From assembly GCF_032062105.1 (NCBI RefSeq), contig NW_026938805.1:186001-250000 (forward strand): a stretch of 64,000 nt of DNA. The letters are read 5' to 3'. Within the stretch, counting starts at the first letter, position 1. The number at the start of each line of letters is the position of its first letter. The DNA comes from Saccostrea cucullata. Its lineage: Eukaryota. Both the position numbers and the translations under genes were made by a program. Below, in pieces: positions 47,824 to 59,927 of the stretch. The notes under the pieces were generated by a model that saw only the letters and a program-made list of their open reading frames with translations, was not told the DNA's origin and searched no databases.

Positions 47824-50800
47824 GGACGCGCGCCTGTCCCAAGACACAAGTCTCAGGATGGGCATATTGGCAAAGAAATTTGTTTGGCAACTTCTTTGAA
47901 AGAAAATAAAGTGCTTTTGTCTGTCGGCGGTGAAAAAGTTAGAGCTTTATTAGATACTGGTGCAAGCATTACAGTGGTTAGCTTTGATTTCTTAAAGAAA
48001 ACTTCTTATAGCGGTGCTAAATTAAAACAACCAAAACACAAAAACATCAAAGGTGTCACAGGTAACTACCTCGAAGTTTTAGGGATGTTAGATGTTGTTT
48101 TAGATATCGATGGTGCTAACTTCAAACAAACAGTGCATGTCATACAAGACCTCCATTACTCGTTCATTTTGGGTCTCGACTTTTTAATGACTAACCATGC
48201 TAACATAGATTATAACCAAAACACACTAACCATTAACAATCAACAGGTGTGTCAAATATTAACAAATGCAGGGTTAGCCAGGTCAACCAAAACCGTTGTC
48301 ATCTCAAAGCGATCAGAAATGACAGTCTCTGTACACATTTCTAGGTGTAAAAATGGTGACCAAGTGCTTCTAGAACCACTATCATCTCTCTCAAGAAAGC
48401 ATAACATTACGGCTGCTAAGTGCTTAGTGAAGGTCAATAACAGAAAAAGCATATCTGAAAGTTCTTAATCCCACATTCGATGATGTTCGAATAAGATCTA
48501 ATCAGGTATTAGCTAATGTAGAGGACATAAATAATGAAAGTGCTACAATTATCTCCCTTGACTCAAATAGTTCCTCACCTTCACACAAAACTGTTTCCGC
48601 AAACTCAGATAGCTCAAAAGGCAACTCAAAATTGCAGTTTGATCTATCAGAGTCTGATTTAACTCCAGATCAGAGAAAGCAATTAGAAAACTTTTTGCAT
48701 GCTAACCGAGATGTATTCTCAACAGATCTGTCTGAACTTGGCAAAACTTCATTATACAGACACAAAATTGAAACTTTGCCTGGTGCAAAACCAGTTAGGA
48801 AACAGTTTTACAGGACATCTCCTCAGATGTCGAAGGAAATCAAGAAACAGATAGATGAAATGCTACAAAATGACATAATTGAACCTTCGAACTCTGAGTG
48901 GCATTCACCTGTAGTCATGGTTAAGAAGAAGAATGGACAATTGAGATTTGCTTGTGATTACAGAGCTTTGAATAAAATCACAGTCCCAATGTCTTTTCCT
49001 CTTCCTCACCTTGAATCAGTGTTTGATGCAATTGGGGACACAAAAGCCAAATTCTTTACCAACTTAGATTTTCGGTCTGCCTTCTGGCAAGTCGAAATGA
49101 GCCCATGCTCCAAACACAAAGCAGCTTTTATTACACAGGATGGTGTGTATGAATGGAAAAGGATGCCATTTGGTTTGATGAAATCACCTATTTCCTTTCA
49201 AACACTCATGTCTGGTGTACTTAGAGAGATGAATTTCAAATCAGTGTTAGTTTATATTGATGATGTTTTGATATTCTCTAAAGATTTTGCTTCACATCTT
49301 CGTGACCTTTCTCAAGTTTTTGACAAATTGAGAGAAGCAAACTTGACCCTGCAGCCCTCCAAATGTCATTTTGCTGTGAAGCAATTAAAGTTTCTTGGTC
49401 ATGTCATTTCCCGCCATGGAGTAGAAGTTGATTCTGAGAAAACAAAAGTTGTCAGCCAATTCCCTGTTCCAAAGAAACAAAAACAAGTTAGAAGCTTCTT
49501 GGGTATGGCAAATTACTACAGAAAATTTATTCACAATTACGCCAAAATTGCCACTCCATTAAATGCTCTACTTAAAAAGGACTCTATCTTTAACTGGACT
49601 GAAAATTGTCAACATGCTTTTGACACTTTCAAAAATGCTCTCATCTCTGCTCCCATTCTTTCTTATTCTGACCCTCAAAAACTTTTGTTCTCACTTGTGA
49701 TGCCTCTGACACAGCCATTGGGTACTACCTAAGTCAAATTTCACCAGAAGGCAAAGAACAAGTCATTGCGTATGGAGGAAAAGCATTGCCCAGTGAGGAG
49801 AAGAAATACAACACCTCAGAGAAAGAGCTGCTAGCCGTTGTCAAAGGAGCTCAAGCTTATCGTCCTTATCTAGTTGGTTCAAAATTAACCATCTACACCG
49901 ACCATAGAGCCCTTGTATGGTTAAAATCAGCCAAACACACCGGAAGACTGGAACGATGGGCACTCAAGTTGCAAGAATATGATTTTGAAATTGTACATAG
50001 AGCCGGTAAAAGTAACTTTGTTGCAGATGCCCTTAGCAGATTGCCATATCCAGATGCAGAAAAGCCCCAAGAAATGGAACAACACAGTGAAGTTCACACT
50101 GATGCAATCCCAAATGCACAGGTAAGTGCCTTACAGACAGAAAATGACACCAAAGATGTCCAAAGTATCCAAATCAACCTATTCTATGACCCAGATGAAA
50201 CAGAAGTCACCGTAATTCAACAGGACCAATTACAGCCAATAATTGAAGACAACGTCAAACTGCTCACTATGCAAAGACAATGTGATGATTTCAAGGACAT
50301 CATCAATTACCTAGAAAACAACACTCTTCCTGATGAGAAAAAGAAACAAGATGTCATTGTAGCTGAGTCAAAACATTATTCATTGGCAAATGGTATTTTA
50401 GTCCATTTATTTCAGAGACGCTGCAAAAGACAAATTGAGGAAGATCGCTACATCACGCAGATTGCTCTACCAAAACTTTTACGCCTTGATGCACTCAAAC
50501 AATATCATGACAGCCTAGCAGGTGGAGGTCACCTTGGTATAGAAAAAGTCCGTGCTTCCATCATACAAAAATATTTTTGGCCACGCATGCATCAAGACAT
50601 TGTTGATTACGTCAAGTCATGCACTAGATGTCAACTGGCAAAGAGGAATTTTAACCCAACAAAGCCACCCATGAATCCTATGCCATCCAAAGAGAGATTT
50701 GAATGCTGGCAAATCGACATTTTAGGTCCACTCCACAAAAGCCCAGAGGGATATGAGTACATTTTACTTTGTATTGATGCTGGAACTAGATGGCCTGAAG

Positions 50801-51699
50801 CTTTCCCACTTCGTACGCAAAATGCAAAGGAAGTAGCTACAGTCCTCTTTGATAACATAATAGCTCGCTATGGTGCCCCCTCTGTTCTTTTCTCTGATCG
50901 TGGTAGAAACTTCATGTCTAAAGTCATCAACGCTCTATGTGAAATATTTGACATCTCGCAATACCACACTAGTGCTTATCAAAATACAAACGGTTTGGTA
51001 GAAAGACAAAACAGTGTCATTGCACAGTCACTGCGAGCATACTGTGACAAAGATCAACAACTGTGGCCAACCTTTTTATCAGGAATCATGATGTCATTTA
51101 GAAAGTCAGTCTCAGCAAGTTCTACAGAATACTCCCCTTTCTTCATGATGTTTGGTCAGGAAATGAGACTTCCATTTGATGTGGAACTTCAGCCAAAAGA
51201 TAACATGGGTTTACATGGAAAACAATTCATGCAACAGTTTATGTCCAACCTTAAAATCTACCATAAAATAGCAAAAGAAAATGAAATGTACCATCAACAA
51301 AAGAACAAAGAAAGGTATGACAGAACAGCCAAAGTTCCAGATTTCAGACTAGGTGACCGTGTTCTTATGTCAATACATCAGATTCCCAAAGGATTTTCAG
51401 CCAAACTGTTTGACAAAGCAAGAGGTCCGTACAGGTTTACTCGTCTAGGTCCGAACTTTACATATGAGTTGTGTAGGATATCTGACAACAAACCACATCC
51501 ATCGTTAGTCAATGCCATTCACCTGAAACACTACCATGACCCAGATGAACTTAGAGCACACCTTCTTCCTGAAAACATTCAAACAGCTGACCAGCTACAT
51601 GACAATACTCAACCCACAGAAGGTAATGAAGATCAAGAAGCACCAAACAACCAAAATCAAGCTGAACATAACCAGTTAGATTTTGGTTGTAAGTCGTAA
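47824..51699 (+). pseudogene. pol: Gypsy pol polyprotein with two frameshifts (about 48445 and 49681)
   Basis: ORFs 47884-48468 (PR), 48632-49732 (RT) and 49786-51699 (RH, IN) join into one polyprotein with single-base indels at A-runs. Confidence 0.88.
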
Positions 51700-52439
51700 A
51701 AGTAATTCCTGGGCTAAATCCGTTTTAGAGGGTAAACGGGGAAGAAGGAATGTTGGCGGGTAGAACGAAGTAGTGGCGCTGTGGGCCGTAATAAAACGTA
51801 AAGGGTAAAGGTGCCGTATTCCTTATGGTCTTCCGATATATAAAGTCCAAGAATTGGTAAATCAGGTTTCCAAATTTATTAAAGACGATGGTAAATAACA
51901 AACATGGATTTTAACAATATTTTACGAGACTTAATCGAGTTGGATGTGTCCGGTAGAGCGTCGGGCCTCCAAACTGAAGAGATTATAATGGACATAGATA
52001 TTTGTAAGATTAAGAGTAAATAATAATTGACTTTTGACACTAGTTGAGTTAATTGATGGACAGGTGTGTTTCTTTGATAAAATGGACATGAAAGAGTTTA
52101 TAAAGAAATTATACAAATAAAGTTACTGGTAAAGGATTAACAAATCCCGAGGCATTAACACCAAACGAGCGACAATTATTTTGACAGAGTCACAGAGTGT
52201 CAATAGAAATTTCTTAATCCTATTTCAAAGGGAATGAGATAAATAAGACACAATTTACTACAAATAAGCACATATTAAAAACAGATAAAGAATTTCACGG
52301 ATAAACGTCCGAATTTAGTATAAAATATATTAAAAAGTTATTTTAATTCAAAAATGTTCATTTTGCTCGGTGATAATAGTCATGTACTCATTGGCAATTG
52401 AAAATTGTTAATTAGTGAAAGACAAACCTATGACCAAGG

Positions 52440-52910
52440 GGTCACAAATCAAAAAAAAAAGATTGAAAAATAGACTTTTGCTCATCACAACTATATAGAC
52501 ACCTTGTTTATGTACTAAATATACAAGGATAGAGAAAAATATTTTTAAAAAAGATCTGGATTTTCATTATCTGATCCGGCATTAGAGCCCAACCCTTATT
52601 GTAGAACCCCTGTTTCTGGGGCCATGAATCTCGCAATTTTGATAGATGGTCAAAAAGCTCATCACAAATCGTGCAAACAGTCTGACTACTTGGTGCTCGG
52701 GAGTGATGAAGATTTTCAAAGATTGCATCAATTTTGATGGATTTATCCCAATCCTTCAAGGGGACAGTGAACTCGAAATCCACAATTTTGTTCCCCTCCA
52801 CACATTGATGCTATATATACCAAAAATTGTTGATATTGGCGAAGTGGTTCAAAAGAGAAAGTAAAAATGACCGACGAACGATCGACGGACTACGCACGAC
52901 GATCGAAGGC
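52440..52910 (+). mobile_element. Degenerate Helitron-derived repeat
   Basis: GGGGCCATGAATC..CAATTTTG, GAAGATTTT, ATACCAAAA and GACCGACGAACG microsatellite-like motifs similar to other Helentron copies in the window. Confidence 0.45.
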
Positions 52911-53430
52911 CGAAAACATAAGTTATATAGTACATGTAAAACACGCCGTCGCGCTAACACACAACACGTAATCACGCTAAAACACAACTTGCCGTTGCGC
53001 TTGTATAACACTGAACATGCAACATGCACGCTAACACAAGTTCGCACAACACCCTTTCGCGCTAACACACAACACGCTTTCGCGCCAACACTTATCTCTT
53101 GTTAGTGTGACATCATGTTGTGTGTATTAGCACAATGGCGTTTTTTTTTCAGAAAGGGCTGTTGAATTTTAACATGTGGCCCATCCGCGGACACCAGAAA
53201 ATCCGAATAAATTTAAAGTTTTTCTCGGATAAATAAATCACATCTCTCTCTCCGAAAGCGTATCAGTTTCAGTAACATATTCAGAATCAAGTCATTGTGA
53301 AACTAGGCAGCAATGAAAAATGTCAACTTTGTCTCCGAAAACTTTAGTTTCAGTAACATACTAGTATTCGGAATCAAGTCATTGAGAAACTAGGCAGCAA
53401 TGAAAAATGCCAACTTTGTCTCCGAAAACT

Positions 53431-53655
53431 AAAATTTATGGACTTATTGGATTAAGGAATCGACCCATCCAGAGAGATGAAAGCTATAGTGAAAGCTAGA
53501 CCGGCAACGAAAGTCAGAAGTTTCCTTGGACTGGTTATTACATGTTGCGGAAGTTCATTCCCAACCTAGCGACATTGTCAGAACCGTTGAGAATTTTAAC
53601 GAGGAAAAAATCAACCAAATTTACTTGGGGCCCTAAACAAGAACGAGCATCCTCG
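53431..53655 (+). pseudogene. Degraded fragment of a second Gypsy RT thumb/connection region
   Basis: Frame-broken translation ...KVRSFLGLV...KFIPNLATLSEPLRILTRKK...KFTWGPKQERA. Confidence 0.7.
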
Positions 53656-53684
53656 AAAGCTATGATGTCCGGATAGGGCCATTG

Positions 53685-54103
53685 CTAAAGCTCAACAGCG
53701 CATTCAGAAAACCACACTGTCGCGCTAACAAACAAACCGCTGTACGTCACGCTAACATGAGTTCGCAGAACACCTGGCCTGGGGGCCATAAAACGTAGAC
53801 GAGCTCACTTTTGATCTTAGTCTCACTTTTCCACCATTAATTCCTTTGATAAAAGTGAGACTAAGATCAAAAGTGGCCAGGTTGCGCACTAACACGCTTT
53901 CAAGCAACACGTATGCTGTCGCGCTAACACACAACACGCCGTCTCGAGTTGTGTCTTAGATCGACTGCGTGTTTTGCGATTGCGTGTTAGCGAGATAGTG
54001 TGTTGTGTGTTAGCGCGCGTGTTGTGCGAACTCGTGTTAGCGTTACAGCGAGCTGTGTGTTAGCACGACAGCGTGTTCTTCTGAACGCGCTGATGAGCTT
54101 TTG
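53685..54103. mobile_element. TIR MITE with GCTAACAC subterminal repeats; related partial copy at about 52940-53135
   Basis: AAAGCTCAACAGCGCATTCAGAA / TTCTGAACGCGCTGATGAGCTTT inverted ends; GCTAACAC at left and GTGTTAGC at right; nested perfect 25-bp inverted repeat 53806-53875. Confidence 0.65.
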
Positions 54104-54798
54104 GAAACGGTTCTATCCTGACACCATAAAAAGCCAAGACTTTATGATATTTTGCTTCAAAAGCAAGAACTCAAGTGATAGTCGATGCCAGTCCCAGTGA
54201 AGGATCAAGGGATCTTGAAAGGGGGGCCGGGGGAGGTTACCAGTCTGGGGTCAGGGTAAGGGCCAACAGCCACAACCCAAAATATTGTTGATTTATTGCG
54301 TCTTATGTATGTTTTGGGGGCCTGGGTCCCTTGCCTCCTTTAAATCCGTCAATGTATAAATGGTAAAGAGAACATAAAATGCAGAAAGAATGTCAGAACA
54401 GGTGCCCATACTTAAATTCAAGTTTAATTTGACCGAGATAAAAAAGTTAAACATTTATCCAAATACCAACACAATTAACTAAGCTGATTAAATAAAGATA
54501 ACATCGCAGTGATTGGGGTGAATGTCATTTAATGTACTCTGCAATACGTTTAACCAATAACATATACCATCACTTATACAGGAAACTAAAAGTGTTTACA
54601 AGAATAAGCGGAAGTTCTCCTTCAAGAACGATTGAAAAAAATGGAATTTATAAATAAAGTCACATGTCGAGATTCTTAACTTCCTTATCGTCTTCCGAGC
54701 GTAAACAATTATAGAGTTGTTGATTAATTACTCTAAAAGTTTTCTTTACATCACTGAATTCCAAACTCCTGTTTACCAACTTTGAAGATCAATTCAAC

Positions 54799-57106
54799 AT
54801 GGAGGACAAACACACACAGACTGACAGAGATCCGTCCACAGAGAACAGCCTGACAACGAGTGTCCTGATCTTAGATCTTGAGGTACGCCTACTACTAGCA
54901 TCTTAAACCAAAAGAGACAATGTTCAGCAATTTTATTTCGTTATTTTCCTTACCCATTTTCGTATACTGCCTATCCCCCACCTCCCCCTTCCCCCAACGG
55001 ATCTTTGTGGTCGTGAAAATCTATGAAACGGAGGATGTGACAGTTGGATGGTAGAGGTACTAACTGTTAATCAGGTACTTGTATAATGTTAATTGAACTG
55101 AAATATTGTTTTTTTTTTTATATGATGCATTTTTGAAAGAATGACCTACTTAAGTAACGTCTAAACCGTGACAAATATAGGAAATGACACCAAAAGTTTG
55201 TTTTTATTTATTTACACTTTTTAAATATACACATGTATTGAGTTTAGAGAAATTCAAGAAAACTGGAGAGAAAAAAATCCTAGCAAAAAAACTTGTAATT
55301 TTACTCGTTATTTAACATTAATCATGCGTAGATGATTTGAAAAATTAAGATATTTGACTATATTAGAACCAAACCAATGCTAAGTAAAAGTCCTTGAGTT
55401 GCCAAGACAGTCTCTCTTTAAGACAGATCTGACAGACGGGGAAAACACATCTACCTGGTCCCAGTTTAGATTAATGGCCGTAAAAATTGTGGGCGGGAGG
55501 GGGCGTGTCCCCAAAAATTTGCAGATATAGGATACTTTTGATAACATAACTAAATATGCTTGTGCCCCGTAATAAAAATATCCGATGGTCATATTTTTAA
55601 TTGTCAAGAAATTTCTGGTGGTTGACAGTGCGCCCGACTTAAAACACATGCCCCAGCCACTAAAATTGCTTCCTACCGGCTTATCAAAAGAGGACAAATT
55701 TCCTAATATAAATTGTAATAAACTTTTATTATTATAATATTTTCAGCAAAAACTGGCAAATCTGACACACTTTATGTACACGTCCGCTTTAGAGCACCGG
55801 CAGAATTATGCAGCCATCAATGGCCAGCTTCACCTTATTAACGAGAGGCTGAGATCATCCGACCATATCACTGCTATCAGAGGAAATGTCTCCAACAGCA
55901 ATTTAGAGAGAGAGTTGTTACGATGTATTAGCAGAGAAAAGTCCAAAGCCACCGGTATAAATAGCACATTTTTTTAAATTTATATAAATATGAACATGTT
56001 CACGGAGATTTCTATTTCAATTTATCAGTTTCTTCTGCGGAACGATACATGGTATGTATATATTTATGTTTTTGATATATCTGTGAATTACCGTTTTATT
56101 TTTGTTAGATGATCAAGAGAAGAATGACTTGAGTGGAAGCGAGACTATTCACAGAGAATGTCTGATGGAAAAGATCGAAGAGATGGTAAGAGACATGGAT
56201 TTGAATAACACACAGCTTATGGACGAATTGCTTGACAACGAATGCTTAACACAAGACGAAGCTTCCGACATTTCACACATCAGCACAAGGAAAGACCAAA
56301 TACGCAAGCTTATTGTGCTTTTTGCCAAAAGAGGACGAGGAAATTTTGTCAAATTCCTGGAAGTGATTGGAAGAAAGCACCAATATCCTCATATTGCGAG
56401 AGAACTAAGAAGAATTTACGACCTGAAAACCTCGGAGGGTAGAAGTTCTGAATGTCTGTTGTGCGTCATCAAACGTGATGTAGATATACGTGACGTTGTA
56501 GATCACCTTTGTCGTCATCAAATCATTGACATAGAATTCTTGGACCTTGTCATTTCAGGACAAACTGGGAACCAAAACAGTTTGTGGGAGATAGTGTTTT
56601 CTAATATAGATAAATCATCTAACAGAAAACAGAAAATTCAATACCTCCAAGAAGCACTGTCCAAAAAATATGACAAACTGGCGTCGAAGCTAGGTTTTCT
56701 TGTCCCAGCTCAACTTGGGAACCATATTTGTTCTAAACCTATCACAAATTTTTCGCAATCATGGCGAAGCACTGGTTCAACTGTGAGCAGTATTGGTGAC
56801 AGAAGCACAACCTCAGAAGTTCCCAGAAACTTAAACTTAGGAGAACATGCAAAAACTTCTTCATATGACGAGCTTCAGGGTTACACAAGTACCAACATTC
56901 CTAAGTGTATAGATTGGTTAAACACACAACCATCGCCAACTACAAGTTCAGATGATGACATAAAATCACCTACTCCTGAAAGTATTGACAGTGGGGTGGA
57001 ATCTGCTGTAAATGGTAATAGTTTACACACAGAGCAGGAAGAGAAGGTTACTATAGATAACATGGAGGAAGGTTCAGAACATCGATTGTTAAATAAAACT
57101 AGTTAA
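54799..57106 (+). CDS. CARD-domain protein (CARD, second CARD-like region, Ser/Thr-rich tail), 429 aa; exons 54799-54882, 55747-55954, 56109-57106
   Basis: GT-AG introns are phase-compatible. CARD pattern: MVRDMDL...LMDELLDNECLTQDEASDISHISTRKDQIRKLIVLFAKRG...FVKFLEVI...YPHIARELR; second repeat VDIRDVVDHLCRHQII...YLQEAL..KYDKLASKL. Confidence 0.8.
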
Positions 57107-57229
57107 TTCCACAATTAAGGAAGTAAGGAAACAGCCGACTGACTTGATCAGACCAAGACTTTTAACGGCATAGACAACCCCTCTGAAGGATATGGCATAA
57201 TAAGTGTGTGTACCAAAAGGTTGTATCAG

Positions 57230-57950
57230 CAAAGAGGTCCATTAGCCGTATGTCTCACCTGAAAAGGTTAGCTAGAAAAAAGCGCAAATCAGTTCAGTAT
57301 TGAAAAATTTACGGAGGGGGAATGGCTTGAATTTTGCACTACCTGAGTATGCTGCCATTTCAAAATAACTAATGTCTTTGCAGATGTTTTCCCCTATATA
57401 TCCCTAATTAAGACTTCAATCTTCCTATTCAGTATTGTGGTCCACCTCTACCCGGGGCCACGGTTTGAACAAATCTGAATGTACATGTACTTAGTACATG
57501 AAAATGTTTCCATATTAATATGACCAAACAGGACTTTGTTGTTCATGAGATGAAGATTTTTAAAGATTTTTTTCTATATACTGGCATTTCCCTCGCAAAA
57601 CTCGTAAAATCTTGAATCTATCATAGGTAAAGAAGGTTTCCTATACGTAAGTTTAAACGTTTTGGCCTAGTTCTTGAGAAAGAAAATCTTAAAAACATTA
57701 CACATTTCTGAATAATTTCCCCTCGAAGGATGGTGTGCCCTATTATTTGAATAAAAATCTTTCACTAAAAGATGCTTTGTGGTAAATTGGTTGAATTTAC
57801 CCAATGGTTCTGAAGAAGAAGTCGAATATGTGGAAGAGTTATACAGATGGACGGACAACTTGAAGTCAAACGGACAGCTAGACAGACGGACTACGGACAA
57901 AAATGTGATCAGAAAAGCTCACATGAACTTCCAGCTCAGTCGGGCTTAAA
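57230..57950 (+). mobile_element. Diverged Helentron/HINE copy with about 2 satellite units
   Basis: AAGAGGTCC...CTCACCTGA start; GACGGAC microsatellite; GTGATCAGAAAAGCTCAC..AGCTCAG end. Confidence 0.75.
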
Positions 57951-58759
57951 AGGAGGCAAAGACTGAACATGAAAATAACAAATTGATTAATAACCTTAAG
58001 TTAAAATACATATGGAAAATTCTGAGAGAGACTTAGGTAAAGAAGAGAGGGTGAAAACTGTCCATTCCATGAAGACCTTGTGAAGACCGTATGCCCAAGC
58101 ATCGCGGGTTGAAAAAAATGTAAAAGGAGAGCTGTAGAAAGAAGACTGGAATAAATTTAAATTTTAAAAATAACAGATTTCTGTCATCAACTTTGCAGCA
58201 AAGGAAAAAGAAACTATTTATATACATGTATGTATTTAATGTTGAGCCATGGGTCAAAAGTATGTACAACTATGACATGTGTAATGTATAATGAATACGT
58301 ACAGTGATTTCCATGCAAAAAGACATATGTAAACGTACTATTATCTTATACAATATTAAAAATGTACATGTATTCATATTGGGAAATTTGTTATGACATT
58401 TTTGTAATATATTGTAATTTATAATCTGTAAATGTTATTCATATTCGTAAACGTGTGATACAAATATGTGAATTCCTGTTATTGAAAAATCATTGATATT
58501 CATATTCCAAAACTTGATTTGTATGCAAAAATTTGTGATTTATAAAACTTGCTACTCATATTAAAAAAATCTGTTTATGCGATTGTATCTTGTGATTTAT
58601 AAGCGAAAGGTTCAAAATCATTTTTGAAAACTTCTGTGTCTGCCAAAAAAAATTATTCATATTAGACGATCATGAATTTATTGAGATATAAACTTGTAAT
58701 TTACTTCCAAATATTGATATTCATATTCGAAAACTTCATTTATACTAAATTAAAACTTA

Positions 58760-59120
58760 ATCCTCTTCGTGCTTGGAGCACATAAGGCCAGCACCGAGGA
58801 CCTCCATCTCTGTCTATTTGCTGACATTGACTGTATCATGCCCCAAGTCCATCCCTGTTCTTTCTTTTCTTTTTCAACTGATCGTCACCACCTCTCCTCT
58901 GGTAACCCTCTTTCCTGATGGAGTCCATCTTAAGGCTACCCTCGGTATATCTGATGATTTCATTCTCATCACATGGCCAATCTATTTTTATCGTCTCTTT
59001 TTAATCCGGTCAGATATAACAATTGTGTGCGTTCGTACATACAATTCCTCATTAATGATCTTGTTTGGCCAGAATATCTGGATTATAAAAATTTCAATTA
59101 CTCTGTATTTTGGGGCATAA
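58760..59120 (-). mobile_element. 3' fragment of a non-LTR retrotransposon (RTE-like LINE)
   Basis: Minus-strand, frame-broken translation KRR...GHVMRMKSSDIPRVALRWTPSGKR, typical of the RTE ORF C-terminus. Confidence 0.7.
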
Positions 59121-59927
59121 GTGTTTTACAAACATTTCTTGTTAAAGTGATATATTAGTAAGTATGTACATGTAATTAAAAAGGGAAAAAGAAAATAGGA
59201 AAGTAGACAAACTAGTTTTGAAAATTAATCGAGAAAAAATAAATATACACGTAAATAAGTTCTAGTCAGGGAGAAACTTAATTCTAAGTCGGTTCTCTGT
59301 TTCTCGATATCACCGGGATTAAATTAAGGATTCTCGTGAAACTTGGTGGTTCATTATCCTCCAATGTCCAGTTTGGCCCTTAATTGAAATTTTACTCCGT
59401 GATTTTAAAATCAAGAAAGGTATTTATTTCCAATTTCAAAGGCTTGTTTCCAGGCTAAATAAGCCTTTTTTCATATTCTAAAAATAAATTATCACCTATA
59501 TCCTGCATCATTTTTACTAAATGTTTAAGAGACAGAACTAGACTCATAGCAACAATTATTAAATGAAATCCGACTTTTGGATATCACTGACAGCTGCATT
59601 TTTCAATAAAAATGGAACTGGGAAATTTACTTCCTTTGTTATTAATTGGTCATTTGCAAAATTGTTGTGTTAAAAAACATTCTAATTGTTATCACCTTAA
59701 CTCTTTCCATGAACAAACAAAACAAAGGCATAGAAATCTTGTAAAAAACATAAGAATTTATTTTAATATAATTGAAATGTTGTAATGTAACTTCATAAAT
59801 ATTAATTGATGATCTGGCAGGAAACTCTTCAATAAATGCAAAATGTGGTCCATCATGGCATAATCTGTGAACACAGTTTATTGAAAGACTTCTTTGGTGT
59901 ATAGTCTATAAAGGAAGGCCTTGGAAA

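Larger units (their letters stand above)
47220..51699 (+). mobile_element. Ty3/Gypsy LTR retrotransposon internal region (gag-PR-RT-RH-IN); LTRs not found
   Basis: Domain order: protease LLDTGAS, RT (RMPFGL, YIDDVL), RNase H (TCDAS, EKELLAVV, TDH, ADALSR), integrase (H..GGHLG...CTRC, WQIDILGP, SDRG, GLVER). Confidence 0.95.

Noticed and set aside
51700-52430. 3' LTR or env gene of the Gypsy element
   Set aside because: No matching 5' repeat, no clear PPT-TG boundary and no long ORF.
54581-54620. ISRE-like GGAAACTAAAAG and kB/ETS-like CGGAAGTTCTCC upstream of the CARD gene
   Set aside because: Both deviate from consensus and could occur by chance in AT-rich DNA.
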